Source: Podarcis melisellensis
Taxonomy: Eukaryota
NCBI GenBank assembly: GCA_964234715.1
Contig: OZ174286.1
Length of the DNA stretch: 64,000 bases
Strand: one strand, 5' to 3'
Positions within the stretch are counted from its first letter, which is position 1. Every line of letters begins with the position of its first letter. This document shows positions 1 to 13,664 of the stretch, in pieces. Made by a program: the position numbers and the translations under genes. Below the pieces are notes generated by a model, which saw only the letters and a program-made list of their open reading frames with translations, made no database searches and was not told the DNA's origin.

Positions 1-289
1 ATCTAGATGTACATGCCAATCGTATGCATAGATGAGTGCTACTCAATGGTCCCCTGGCTTGAGCATCAGAAATGGCTTAGAAGACACAAGACCAGTGTCT
101 GGATGCAATGGTGGGCTGGACAAGGGCCAATAAACCGAGTCTGAACCCTAGCAAGACAGGCTCTGTGTGAAGAAGGTCTGGAAAGTGGGTAAATTGCTGG
201 CCCTACAGTCCCAGAATTAAACTCTGTGGAGGCCCCTAGGCAGTCGAGATCTCGGGGTGAGGGGGCTCGCAAATTATATCTGATATGTT

Positions 290-975
290 TTTTTCTTTCA
301 AGATCAAATCAATATTATTTTGCATTGGTAACTTCACAGCTTGATTACTGCAATACACTCTATGTGGAGCTGCCTTTGAGGCTGGCCTGGAGGCTGTAGC
401 TGATGCAGAATGTGGGGGCCAAGCTGATTGTGGGGGCAAATCACCACCAGCATATGACATCCTGCTTTCAGGATTTGCACTCGCTGTTAATCTGCTACCA
501 GGCCAAATTTAAAGTGTTGGTACTAACATATAAGGTCAGGGGTCCCTTTACCTTTACCTTACTAACATATAAAGCCCTCTACAGCTTGGGACCAGGTACT
601 CAAGAGACCACCATATCCTGTGACCCAGTAGGTTCACACAGTCTGCAAAAGAGCTTCTCCTGCAAGTTCCAAAGATCTCAGAAGTCCACTCTGCAGTAAA
701 TCAGAGCAGGGCTTTTAGTATGGGTGCCCTTGTTGAGAGCAACAGTATTTCTGCCAAGATACAACAGCTACCAACCATCTGCACTTTCCATTTTTGTTCT
801 GACAGTCTTTCCTAGGTGGATAAATTGGGTTTTGCCATCAGCACCTATTTTATATGGTTTTCATTTTGTTTTAAATGTAGCTGCTTTTTCCTTTTTTTAC
901 TTTTTAAGTGGGTTTTAAAAATGTTTTTATTGTACACCACCTTGAGATGACTGTCTAAAAAGCTATTAATAAATT
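290..975 (+). mobile_element. Degenerate L2-clade LINE 3' remnant
   Basis: Translates to MQNVGAKL...LH.L...QAKFKVLVLTYKAL..LGPG, the L2 ORF2 C-terminal motif; boundaries approximate. Confidence 0.7.
534..559 (+). mobile_element. 26-bp 3'-terminal Sauria SINE insertion
   Basis: GGTCAGGGGTCCCTTTACCTTTACCT equals the SINE tail at about 54225-54246; 13-bp TSD TACTAACATATAA (521-533, 560-572). Confidence 0.85.
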
Positions 976-3201
976 AATGACAGTAAAATAATAAGAATAC
1001 GAATAAGAATGCTTACTCAGGAGGCAGTCCCACTATGTTCAGTGGGGTTTGCTCCCTAGTAAATTTGCTTAGGATTGCAGTCTAAGTTAGCTGCACTTAG
1101 TTTCCTTTGAAATCAATGGAATTTAAGCTACTACCAGCTTTCACATTGATTTCAGTAGGACCCAAATGCAACTAACTTAGAGCTGTATCCAATGTTCTTT
1201 GCTAAAGTAGCAGGCAGATGAGTTTCAATGTTGCTCAATGGAGGAATCCAATGCAACAGTTGTACTACTGGCAATTTGTTGCACAACGAATTGCCCAATC
1301 TATCATGCAACAAATTCACTGGTAATTTGTTTGCGCATTCTCTGCAGGTGCAAATCAGTGCACTAGTGGAGCAAGTATACCTCTAAGTGACTTAGCACCA
1401 CTTAGGATACAACTCACTGTCTGAATTCAACCCTATATTTATAAATACAAGCAAATGACAGCACCCTTAACAAATTGAAGCTCCAGAATTCTTTGTGGAA
1501 AGCCAAAACTGTTTAAAGTGGTATCATACTGCTTTAAATGCGCAGTGCAGACAGGGCCCTAGCCTCAACCAAATCATCACAGTTGAACATTTGACATAAC
1601 AAAATTAGAAGCAGTTACTGGACTAGTCAAACTTAATGCTGCAGTCAGTATGTGCTGATTGGCTGAGCTTCCGTGATGTCATGAAACTCACCTCCCATCC
1701 TCCATAGGGCAGATTTTCAGTTGAAAAATAAGCAATTGCTTTTAAAATATAAAATGGTGTCACCAACCACTGTCAGATTATTTAAATATATCATGTAAAA
1801 TGTAGAAGAGGGGAGGTAGGGGGAGGAAAAATATCAAGTGAAAGTAAGCGTTGACAGAAGAGAGGTCATTTTGAAGAAGGCCCCAAACCATGTGGACTCC
1901 TGTTCATGTTTTGAATAGGTGAGGCATGCCAGTGGCTAAGTATTATCCACACTAACCGGCGGCAGCGGCTTTCCAGGGTTTCTGACAGGGGACATCCTGC
2001 GGCCTACCAGGAGATGCCAGAGATTGAATGTGGGACCTACTGCAAGCCAAACAGATGCTCTAACCACTGAACTACAGCACCATCCCTGTTCATACACAGC
2101 CCTGAAGTCTATTGCCTGTACATAGCAGTTTATAACATCCCAAGAGTCTTGTGTAAGCAATCACATGACATTTCTGATGACTGCATCATTAAAATCCATT
2201 ATTCATTTTTAAATTTTGTTTTGCCTTTTTTAAAGAAACCTGACCATCGTTTACAAGATACTAGGAATATTTAACAATTAAAGGCCTATGGTTTTAATTC
2301 CTATTCATGTGCTATAATTTAACAACTCCCTACCGCTTATTTAATTGTACACTTGCAGTTTATAAATAAATCCTTTCCAAATGAAATGAACCTGTAGCTT
2401 TTCCAGAGGTGGATAGTTGAAATAGTGTAAATAAACACTGATTTAAATGGGAAAGAAGTCTCAAGATGTGGTATTTATTGAGTTAGAAAATGAGAGTGTA
2501 ATTATAATTACAGAAGAAACATAGCAATGTTGCTGAGCCCAGGTAAACATAAGCAGCTCTCATATATTGCTGGATTCTTAAAAGAGGACTTGATTGAGTG
2601 AGAACTGTAGCAAACAGGTTTTTGGCCTTATTACAAAAAACACATGTTTACTGAATTTGAATATACGGTAACTGCAGATTGTGTCCCGCCCCAAACAAAA
2701 GCTTTATTCTAACAGGGTAAGGGCATCTAGGCTGGAGTCCAAAATAATACTTTTGGCATTTGTAGCAGCTATAAATTTTATCAGTAGGAAAATCCATGCA
2801 CTATTCTAGCAAAAGCATGCAGTGTGGATGGAGTTGTTCGGAATTCCTAAGCGCTCTGGGAGTGTGTGTGGAGCAGGGGAGTCTATGTCAAATTTCCTTA
2901 GCAGGAGCTCCATGCCTTTACAGCCAAGGAAAAAAACAAGACACCCAGCTCATCTTAGGTGTGACAGCAGCACAAAATGCCGTAAACCTCCATCTGGTAC
3001 AGATGGCAAGAAGTTGCTAAAAGCTTCCAAAAGAGAAAGGGAGATATTCTTGCTCTCCCTTACTTTTGTAGTGCTACCAGAGAGGCCTTGCATCTGTTTT
3101 GCCATGCCTCATCAATATGTAATCATTATTCATCAACTGTAAGCAGGTTCAGTCTAATCTGGACAGTGGGCCTCCCATCCATGGTTGCACTAGCCTATAC
3201 A

Positions 3202-3563
3202 NNNNNNNNNNNNNNNNNNNNNNNNNNNNNNNNNNNNNNNNNNNNNNNNNNNNNNNNNNNNNNNNNNNNNNNNNNNNNNNNNNNNNNNNNNNNNNNNNNN
3301 NNNNNNNNNNNNNNNNNNNNNNNNNNNNNNNNNNNNNNNNNNNNNNNNNNNNNNNNNNNNNNNNNNNNNNNNNNNNNNNNNNNNNNNNNNNNNNNNNNNN
3401 NNNNNNNNNNNNNNNNNNNNNNNNNNNNNNNNNNNNNNNNNNNNNNNNNNNNNNNNNNNNNNNNNNNNNNNNNNNNNNNNNNNNNNNNNNNNNNNNNNNN
3501 NNNNNNNNNNNNNNNNNNNNNNNNNNNNNNNNNNNNNNNNNNNNNNNNNNNNNNNNNNNNNNN
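3202..3563. other. Assembly gap (362 N)
   Basis: Run of N. Confidence 0.99.
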
Positions 3564-5240
3564 GAATATATATCAAGCAGGGTTGTACAACATCTTCAGC
3601 ACTGGACAAAGGAAAGAGGGGTGGGAAGCAATTTGAAGATGATTAATATTATATTTATTTATATCCAAATTTCCCCTTAGGCCAGGACTCAAGGTGGCTT
3701 GCCAATAAAACAGAAGAAGCTAAAAACATAGAGAAGATAGTCATTAAAAAGTATTTAAGCACTAACGGAATGAAAGCAATTATTAAACAACATAAAAAGA
3801 GCTATTGAAAAATACAGATAACAACAACGATCACAGCACTAACCCTTTCCAATCAGTTCCTAAAGGCCTTTTGGAATAAGGAGAGCTTCACCTTGGTCAA
3901 AAGATTGAACTATACGGTTCAAGGGATTTCAAAGTGCCAAGCACGTGTTCTGATAAGCGTATAAAACTTACAGTTCCTTGTACGTATTCTATGCTGCATC
4001 CCACAACAATATCTGGCACTAGAATCAGGAACCCGGATAAATCTGTTAACTTTTGAAAACCAGCTTAAAATGAACTCTGAACTGGAAGCCTCCTCTTCCA
4101 GACTGACTTCTGGAACTTTCCCAGGAGAAGAGGCTACTGAATACTGCTCCGCTAATGGAATTTCTTCCCCATCCCTACTTGATACTACTGGATTCTTTTT
4201 CAGGGATTGACCCTGACACCTTCTGCTTGCAAAGGATGTGCTCTACTACAGAGCTCCCATCACTCCCGCAAAATGGAATTGCAATGGAGGAATCTATTTA
4301 AAAAATTGACATGTATTAAAAATAATCACGTGTCTAGTCTGGAAGGTTATGGTTACTCCCCCTTTTTTATCACCATCACAGAGAAATTGAGAGTCCTATT
4401 TTAAAAGCACACTTTGCAAAGCCCCATAAAGACTCATTGACTTTCACAAAAGGGATATGATTTAAAAACCCAAATGATGCATTGTGTATTGTTACGTTCC
4501 CTTATATATGAGAACATAAATCTGGTGAAGGAAACACACTGGGGAAACGGCCATTAAAAAATTAAGAATTCCCATTTATATATTTATTTACACGCTTGTC
4601 TGTTTTGGACTTGGCAAAATGACAAAGGTAGATAAAAGAGAATATTTGCATTCCTGGTTTTTCGTTTCTGGGAATATAGGCATTAAACTGTTTAATATGA
4701 ATACTGTCTCTATAGAACATAGAAATGTCTCCAGCCAGGTCTGGTCTGGTAACAAGAGCTAAACTTGGCTGTATTTCATTTCATTCCCGCTGATAGCATT
4801 TATCAGCAAAATCTGGATAAAAACCTCCCGAAATATGCAACTTAAGCCTGATCATAACTGGGGTGCTGAGGAGGAAAGTGAGAGGATTATCTGGAGCCTG
4901 GAAGCACAAATATAAGATTGTATTGTCACTCTGGGCTATAGGCCTCTTGGCAAAGTATAGTGTAAGGCTCAGCTGACAGGCCTTTTTGACAACTGACAGA
5001 CGAAAATATGAAACTTAAATTCTTCTTGACAGATAACTTTGTTGAATGAAAAGACCACTAGAGAACCACTATAGGAGGGGGAGTGCACACACACACACAT
5101 ATGTAAAGGGTTTCCTTTTCCCTGCTTTTCCTTTAAACATAAAATATCAACACTAAAACCTTTGTCAGCAGATAAGTATCTCCTGAAGGGTATTTGATTT
5201 GTCTGACTCCCACAAACAATTTAATTTTTTAGCAAATAAA

Positions 5241-5243
<3 letters not shown>

Positions 5244-5290
<47 letters not shown>
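5244..5290. repeat. (TA)n microsatellite
   Basis: Seen directly. Confidence 0.95.
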
Positions 5291-5293
<3 letters not shown>

Positions 5294-5434
5294 CTGCAAC
5301 AAAGAAACAAAAAGTCTTAAAAACAGGTGTAACAAACTAAATACAATAAACAGTCATGAAACCGATTTCTCTTTGAGGGTCTAAATAAAGAATGTGTTGT
5401 GAGGGGTAGAGAGATTTGTTCACAGTCAGCCCAA

Positions 5435-5766
5435 GGCCACATTCACACCATACATTTCAATCCCTAAGATAACACTGTAAACAGTCATGGCTTCACCCAA
5501 GGCATTCTGGGAGCTATTGGTTGTTAAACATGCTGAGAGTTGTTTTGAGCCACCTATTCCCAGAGCTACAATTCCCAGATTTCCCTGAGAAGTGCAATTG
5601 ATTGTTGAACCACTCTGAACATTGCAACTCTTTGAGGGAAATCGTGTTTCCCTAATAACTATCACCACCCTCACAAACTACAGCTCCCAGAATCATTTAG
5701 GGGGAACCATGAATGTTTAAAGGGGCATCATAGTGCTTTAAATGTGTGTGGTTATGAATGCAGCCC
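5435..5766. mobile_element. Decayed palindromic MITE (possibly PIF/Harbinger); related fragments at about 1450-1560 and 45030-45235
   Basis: GGCCACATTCACACCATACATT / AATGTGTGTGGTTATGAATGCAGCCC termini; internal inverted TGGGAGCT..CTACAGCTCCCAGA. Confidence 0.55.
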
Positions 5767-6116
5767 AACATAGTTTGCTGCTTGAGCCAAAGGACAAAAT
5801 GGTACCCTGCACCTCATTCCACATACAGAAACTGACCGTAATGGATGCTGAATCTTACTTCAGCATTGGTGATGGTAGAATATTCTTTACCACACCTAAG
5901 GACAGCAAGCTACATAAAGGGATGCAGGCCGCTTGTCTCGTAGAGCTTTTTTCCTTCAACTCCACATCACCATTCCCAGCATCAGCTGCCTAAGGCAACC
6001 ACCTCAGGCTGCCTAAGGGCAGGGCCGGTGCTGGGGTTGTTAATTCTTTAAACCCTAGTTGACATGCCACTTCCCTTTTGTAGAACACTTATTAATATGC
6101 TTGTAATTCATCCATT

Positions 6117-6478
6117 GGGACGCAGGTGGGGCTGTGGTCTAAATCACAGAGCCTAGGGCTTGCCGATCGGAAGGTCGGTGGTATGAATCCCCGCGACAGG
6201 GTGAGCTCCTGTTGCTCGGTCCCTGCTCCTGCCAACCTAGCAGTTCGAAAGCACGTCAAAGTGCAAGTAGATTAATAGGTACCGCTCCGGCAGGAAGGTA
6301 AATGGCATTTCCGTGCGCTGCTCTGGTTCGCCAGAAGTGGCTTAGTCATGCTGGCCACATGACCCGGAAGCTGTCTGCGGACAAACACCAGCTCCATCGG
6401 CCTATAGAACAAGATGAGTGTGCAACCCAGAGTCGTCCGCAACTGAACCTAACAGTCAGGGGTACCTTTACCTTTACC
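6117..6478 (+). mobile_element. Sauria SINE, full length
   Basis: tRNA-like head GGGACGCAGGTGG..., core CCTGCCAACCTAGCAGTTCGAAAGCACGTC, (ACCTTT)n tail, 13-bp TSD TAATTCATCCATT. Confidence 0.92.
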
Positions 6479-8304
6479 TAATTCATCCATTAAAAGGGGG
6501 CAAATGTTTAATGCATATCTTTTAAGCTTTGTGTATAGATTATTACATTAGTATAACTTTTTAAAAAGTCACTTGTAATAAGATGAAGAAGGTTTAAAAT
6601 TGGATTATTAAGAATATAAAGCCTTAAGGATGTGCATGAATGAGTATTAAACAATGGAACCAAGAGGGGGAGTGGAGGGAAGTCAAGCAAAATCATGGTG
6701 TTGTGGTTGTTGTTGTTGTTTTAAAAAATGGTTTTTTTGTTCTTTTCTTTTATGCATTAGTGTTGTTATTTTTAATTCTGTTGTTGTTATTTTTGGGAAA
6801 TTAATAAAATGTTACCCAAGAAATATGTGCTCATAATTCATCTTAATCCTTAGAGGTTCTTCTTTTCCAAGCTAAAAGAAATAAATAAAAAGGGCTTCCA
6901 TAAATAACTATTCTGCTCTTTCTTGAGGGTTTCTGCCTCCCCATCTCTCTAAAACCACATGGGATATCACTAGACACCTTACATCATTGAGTAAAATGGA
7001 GCCAGAAAAGCTTGCTGAGGTATGCTTATAGAAACAGAGCTCCAGGTAAATTAGGACATAATTACCAAGTGCATTATTAATGTAATTATTGTGTGTGTGC
7101 TTTATAAATGTAATCATTGTCTAATTATTAGCATAATTATTGAAGGCCAAAACTGGCAAGACACAGGACACCTGTGGTCAGCCATTTTCACTTTCACATA
7201 AAATAAACTTAAGGGAAGTGCAAATAGCAACTTTGAAGTCAACTAGCCATGAGTGGGGTGGATGGAGGTGTTACTTAGCAACCAATCAGTGGTATGTGTT
7301 CCTATTGGCTGTGTAGTTCACAGGGAGTTTTCTTCTGTGTGTTTGGTTAACCGGTAAAAGTTTCCCTGATATTTAGAAAGCCTAAATTAGGAAAGCCGAG
7401 ACTTCTCTGTTCCTTTCTCCTTTAATTATACCCTGTATTTTGTTCAGTTTGCTCAGTAAACTGTTATCAATACTTTTCTCTCTGGACTCCATCTGTGTCA
7501 TTTAAGTGACTTTGCTGACATGAATTGGGCATAGAGAAGAATTATGTAGATCACCTACATGAACCTAAATAAATAAATAAAAATGCTGGTTTATTTATTG
7601 CAAAAATTCATATATCGCCCTTGAAATAAAAACACTGACATACACCGCCACTGAAATAAAAACTGTCGTTTCTACCCAGCGGATCTACCTCACCTCACCA
7701 AACTTTCCCTGCTAGGAAACTGAGATGGATTCATGAAATACATTGAGCCCTTGTCTTAATTAATGGAGACTGGCAGGTCAAGTTGACAATTGTCTGTTGA
7801 TGGAGCCAGAAGGCAAGGATCAAGCCTTAGGCACTAGAAAAGAACAAGAAAAGAAGAGGAAGGGAGTGGGGGTGGCGAGAAAGGTATGCTTAGTTTGCCC
7901 CTGTCACTTTCTCCAGTTGCCATGGCGATGCCTAATCTCAATCAGAAATCAAAAAAGAGAGAGAAAGAAAGAAAGAAAAGATAAGAGTGATGACTGTTGG
8001 GTTATTCTAAAGCCTCCAGGCCGGGGCCAGCTTGTGATCATCACCCAGGTAGACAGCGCTTGAATGCCAGACTGTAAGACTAGGCTGCGATCCCAGGAGC
8101 ATGGGAAGGCTGGAATGAAGATCCCTTGAAAAGGCAAAAAAAAGGAAAGATTTGTGGGGCAGAGCGAGGGAGGAGAAAGATGAGGGGAGCCAGCGCTGTG
8201 TCTGAGAAAGAAGAATCCAGGCGCCAACAGGGTAACAGCTGCCTCAGGTATGTAGCCAGTTTCAGCTCGTTTCCAGCTCTGCCAAGCCCTAAACATGCAC
8301 TCTC

Positions 8305-8308
<4 letters not shown>

Positions 8309-8352
<44 letters not shown>

Positions 8353-8364
8353 ACACACACACAC
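8309..8364. repeat. (CT)n(CA)n compound microsatellite
   Basis: Seen directly. Confidence 0.95.
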
Positions 8365-9829
8365 TTACCTAAAGAGGCAGCCGTTTTACTAGATACCATC
8401 TATCCTGCAGACCAAAAATGGGAGTCTTGACTTCTGGGCACTTCTCCCAACAATTGTTTGTGGTTAAATCATTTTCAGGTCCCTGTAAAAAAAAAAAGTG
8501 CAATATGTATAATCATGTCTTGAAATACAGGCAGACAAGTGCTTTGTTAACACACCGGTGCCAGCCTGAGGATTTGCCACATCAAAATGTCCAGGATTAT
8601 AAGGGACATGATGCTTTTTTATCTTACCACTGCTGGGTTTTCATGGAAAAGCAACCTTCAATGGATGCCCAAGGCAGGTCTTTGATCTAGCAGCAGCTGA
8701 AGCAAAACAAAACAAAGATTCTCTCTCTCTCTCTGTTTCAGCATTACTTTGGTGCTTCTGCTTTTTCTGTTCAGGAACAGCAGGACTGAACGAAGGCAGA
8801 GCCACAGCTCAGATGTCCCGGGCATTTTTCAAGTATGTTTTGGAGTGCCCCTTGCCTGAGGTGTAGGAAATATTAAGCTAGATGGGCCAACTGCCTGACT
8901 CAGTATAATGCAACTTCCAGAGCTGACCTGAGACATTTTGCTGCCTGAGGCAAAGGATAAGATGGTGTCCCTAATTCCATGGTGATTGGGCTGAGGGCAG
9001 ACTCAAGTTTCAACACTGGCAACAGGGTAGCAGCATCCCCCAGCACGCTATTTTGGGAGGGGGTGCGCAGGGTATTCCTGCTTCTGCCCTCCAACAGAAG
9101 GGAACAGCCAAGGAGGTGATGGTGGTGCTGTCCCTCAGCTTCTGCTGCCCAAGGCTACTGCCTCCCTCTGCTCGATGGTCATGTCAACCCTGGTAGTTGC
9201 CTATGTTCCTAAGACATAAAGGCTATTTTATCCTCTCCTGTGGTTCATGTCCAAAAACAGGACCAGCCTGCCCATGAGGCAGACTGAGGCAATTGCCTTG
9301 GGTGGCAAAATTCTGTGAGGTGACCCACACCTTCCATTGGAGAAGTGAGAAAAACACTGGGGTGGCTTCTGGTGAGATTTCACATGATCTTGTGGGGCTC
9401 CCATGAGATCTCACCACTGCTGCCACTTCTCCTGTGGCAGGGTGCCCCCCTGCTCACCCCCACTGCCACCATGCAACTCCAAAAACAAGGTACCATCCCA
9501 TTTCACCTCAGGCAGCGGGACAGGATGGGCCCATCCCTGTCCAAAAAGCAACCATTTTCATTGATATTCCCCAGGAGCCAGTATATCTCAAGAAATCCAC
9601 AGATGGAGAGACAGTGGCCAAGGACTTCCCAAAAGCATCAGGAGAAGAAGGTGATGAGCAAGGAAATGTAGCCACAATTATGGCAAAGGCACTGTGGCAA
9701 AAGAATTAATAGACAGATCAAAAGGAAAGGTGGTAAGTTGGAGACTCCAACAAGTGTCTACTGATGTGCATGTTTTGTCTCTTGACAGATGAATGATCTA
9801 TTGCCCTCTCTCTTTATATAGATCTAAAA

Positions 9830-10265
9830 TGGGCAAGGTGTTGGTGGATGACCCATATGATTCAGGGTTGGGTCATCTTGACTCAGTGCTTCTGTTAAGA
9901 TATACAGGTAGCATTTAGTGGTGAGGAGTGCATTTTTCCAGCTTTTTCCATGACATTTTCCATGACAGTCTTTCCTGATAAAATCAGCTGTTGCTACAGT
10001 TATTCATGCCCCTGTTACTTTCTGATTAGACTACTCTCGTGCACCCTTTAAGGGGCTGCCCTTGAAATGTATTCAGAAACAGCAATTGGTGCAAAATGCT
10101 ACTGCCAATGAGTTGACTGGAACTAGATGTTGAGAACATGTGCTGCCCATTTTGTTTTATCTACACTGGTTACTAGTTTGTTTCTAGGCTCAATTCAAGT
10201 TGCTGATTTGGGCTTTTAAAGCCCTAAATGACTTGAGAACTAGGTACCTTAAAAAGACCACTTTC
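9830..10265 (+). mobile_element. Degenerate L2-clade LINE remnant
   Basis: GATTAGACTAC...GGGGCTGCCCTTGAAA...CAATTGGTGCAAAATGC...CTACACTGGTTAC...TTTAAAGCCCTAAATG resembles the 290-975 remnant. Confidence 0.65.
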
Positions 10266-10619
10266 TTCCATACATTTCCCCCCCTCAGCATCTGAGGCCT
10301 TGATGCACATTCCATGGCAATTAGCCCATCAAAAAACGTGACTGCATTCAAAGAGGTCTGTGCCCAGTCAGAAATCTGTACACTGTTGAGTGAACTCCAT
10401 CCTTCATTCTGAGACTCCATGCCATTAGTTATAGGAACACAGTTTTGGAAACATAGGACTCTGTCTTGCACCAAGGCTATTTAGCCCAGCATTCTCTACA
10501 GGGACTAGCAGCCGTTCTCCAGGGTTTCTCTCCCTTTCCTACCTCTGAGATACCAAGGACCTTCTGCATGCAAGGCAGGTGCTCTCCTGCCGAGCCATAG
10601 TCCTTTTAAAACCACTGGT

Positions 10620-10890
10620 CCACAGATTTGACGCAACCATAATTTATGAATTGGCAAAGGAGTACCACAGACTGCTTTCTGCGCATCCTCCCCAAATGGG
10701 CTTGGCTCACAAATGGAGCACCGGTAATTGAGAAGATTCTCTGCGGTTCTAAAAGCCCGCAACAGCTCCTGCCATAATGGAGGAGGTGGTCTCTAACCAA
10801 TGTATCCAAAATGCACAGAATGAAAGTCTGCAATATATTCTTCATCGCCCGATCTACGACTGAGTTACATTGCACTGTGGTAGTTTAATT
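10620..10890. promoter_or_regulatory. Candidate conserved enhancer upstream of SEM1
   Basis: Unique sequence with retained CpGs and CATAATTTATG, GGTAATTG and CCATAATGG motifs; conservation not tested. Confidence 0.4.
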
Positions 10891-12581
10891 CCAGCAACTA
10901 CTGTCCCCATTTACACGCACCAGTGGAAGCAAATTAGCTTAAATCCAAGAACTCCAACTTAAGTGGGTTGTGCATTGGGCTGCCCAGGTTATAATTTACT
11001 TTTTCATCCAGCTCAAATACTACCAAAGTGAAACACCATCCTTCGGTGGTTGCAGAACATCCTGCTGTGTAATGTTTTCCGCTACAGTTGCTGTCTGGTA
11101 AGGAAACTACAAATATTTGGAATTAATGCCTGCCTTTTGATGCCAATTCTCTGATTGCTACCAAATATGTTCACAGTGTAAACCAGTCACTTTCCTTTAA
11201 ATTCCAAGTCTAAACATCACTGGGCACCAACAGCAGAGCTTGCTGGCTGCCCAGTTTGCATTGTTTGCCCTCCTTAAAAATGCATTTGGTTCCGCTACAT
11301 GGAGTTGGACCAGTAATAAAACTTATTGTTCCACATTTAAGTATTTCTTTTCACTGCTTTGGTGAAACCACTTGGGTAATGCTTTGTTTGTTTGTTTGTT
11401 TGGTAAGTAGGAGAAAATGTGTGTGAAGCCTTAATATAGATTTTATACATTTTTTCCACTGTGCTTTAAGCTGCATTATTGTGATTCTTACAAGGGGATA
11501 ATTTTGAATAAATAAATAAATAATAAAGTGTTTGGTCAATCTCATCATCATTCTCTAGGCAATAAAAGCTGCTCCCCTAAACCTGTAACCGCTTGAATAA
11601 AGACTTTGGGGTATGTGTTGGGGGGGTGGATGTGGTCACTTGCACATTTGGCAATTATCAATAAAAATAAGACCAAAAGGTAATGGGCTAATTTTCACCA
11701 GGTATACTATTGGTACCCTCTTTCCATCGTGAAGTAGAAGCCTAGCAGGACTGAAATGTCACAACAGACATTTACTCAAATACCTGGGGGAAATGTAACA
11801 AAAAAGGTGTTAGTGGAAAAATCATCTTTCAGCAAAATTACCTAATATATTTGCTAATGGTATCTTATTTAAAAGCCATAAAAATACTGGGATAAAAGCA
11901 CATTCAACGAGGTGTTGTATTTATAAGTGTTTGTCACCTTGGCAACAAAAGCTATATTCGAAATCTAACACTAGCTATGATGGGCCAAGACCTTTTAAAA
12001 TTGGTAAATACTTCTTTATGGCAACGATCTGCTTTTAGCTGAAGAACGCAAGAGCTGTAAAAGGCAAGTTCTTCATTGCATAACAAGTCTTTACTAGCGC
12101 TCAGCTCTGATTCGCTCTGTCTCCCTACTGTACCTGCAACCTTTTCTTCATAACAAAGAAAATAGTGCATTTTCAAATACTGCGAAACACTGGTTTCTTT
12201 CCCCTTCTTCCAGAAACAAGAATAATAATATCTGCCTATGGTTTTATTTTTTATTTTTTTATTTTGCATTGGAATCCTGATATAAAACACATTTATTGGG
12301 GGGAGGGGAAATATGTATCAAGGGATTTCAGGAGAAACCGTTCCTCAATAATTGTGTGTAAAATCATACGATCAGTTTTATTCTCAAGCATAGATGTTAC
12401 CATTAACCCATAGATCTATTTTTTCTGTTTAGATTTTGTGCCTGCCTACCAAAAGCAGGTTGTGTGATCTTAAAAACCAAAGGAAAAGCACAGGGGCAAG
12501 CCTATGAAAAGCCAGGACAAAACCCCTCACAGACAGCATGTCAATATATCTCCAGGACTAGATTAAGCTGAAATAAATTAA

Positions 12582-12582
<1 letters not shown>

Positions 12583-12618
<36 letters not shown>
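12583..12618. repeat. (ATT)n microsatellite (tail of a short retroposon fragment)
   Basis: Seen directly. Confidence 0.9.
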
Positions 12619-13184
12619 TGTACCCCACCCATCTGGCTGGGTTTCCCCAGCCACTCTGGGTGGCTTCCAGCAAAGACCAAAAATACACTAAAATGTCACA
12701 CATTAATTAATTAATATAATGTAATTAATAAAATAAGGAAATAAGAACTTTTGACTGCTGGAAAATATTGTGGAATGATTGGTTAAGTAGCGTTAGCAGC
12801 AGCAAATCAAAAATTTATTATTATAATTCTTATTAGTGCTATTTTTCTAGAAAACGAGGTGCTGGAGCTCACAGCGAACTTCTCCCTTGTTCTCTTGCAA
12901 TGGCAATGGCGCCTACCTGAGTGGTGCTGGAGCTGAGCCCCAGTGAGCTCCAGCTGAAAAAAAGCCATGATGATGATGACGACGATGATGATTGGAACCC
13001 TATACCCCAGTTCTGTGTTTCTATCTTGTAACGAAATTGGATTCATTTCCACGCCCTGATCCAGCAAAGGAACTCCACTGGCAGAAGCAGGCTTTGACCT
13101 ATGCAACCATTGTAGCTGCATCTGCCTTTTTTGATTACTCACACATCGAAATGTCCATCTGGGCCACACAGAAGTGGCAAGCAA

Positions 13185-13445
13185 GCTTTATGGCTTTGGA
13201 AGGGGATTAGATAAGCTCATGGAGGATAAAGCCGTCAGTGGCTGCTACTAGTCGTGATGGGTACATACTGGCGTTGAGGTTCAGATAGGCACCATGCCTC
13301 TGAAGCTGGGGAGAGCATGACTGCCCCTTGACTGCCCCTATATCTTGCTTCTGGGCTTATCACAAGCATCTGTTTGGCCACTGTGGGAGACAGGATGCTG
13401 AGCTAGACAGCTCTGATGCAGCAGGGCTCTTTGTTGATGGTCTTC
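13185..13445 (+). mobile_element. CR1 3' end remnant
   Basis: GGCTTT..AAGGGGATTAGATAAGCTCATGGAGGATA...CAGGATGCTGAGCTAGA...GCAGGGCTCTT. Confidence 0.6.
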
Positions 13446-13664
13446 AGCCTTCTGGCAGGGAGGAAATAGTCAACCTGTTGCGTATCTTGTAGCCCTTTTT
13501 GGTCCAAAAATTACAATGAGGCTAGTGGAAGTTAGGATTTGTTTATTTAAACAATCAGATCTATGATTAAACCATGGAGAAGGAATGAGCATGTAAAGAG
13601 TGAGGCAACTGCTGGAGGAGATTATGATTGCAGAAAACACCATTGGTGTACATGTACTTTAGAG

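Noticed and set aside
3088-3636. 182-aa and 139-aa ORFs
   Set aside because: Artefacts of the N gap.
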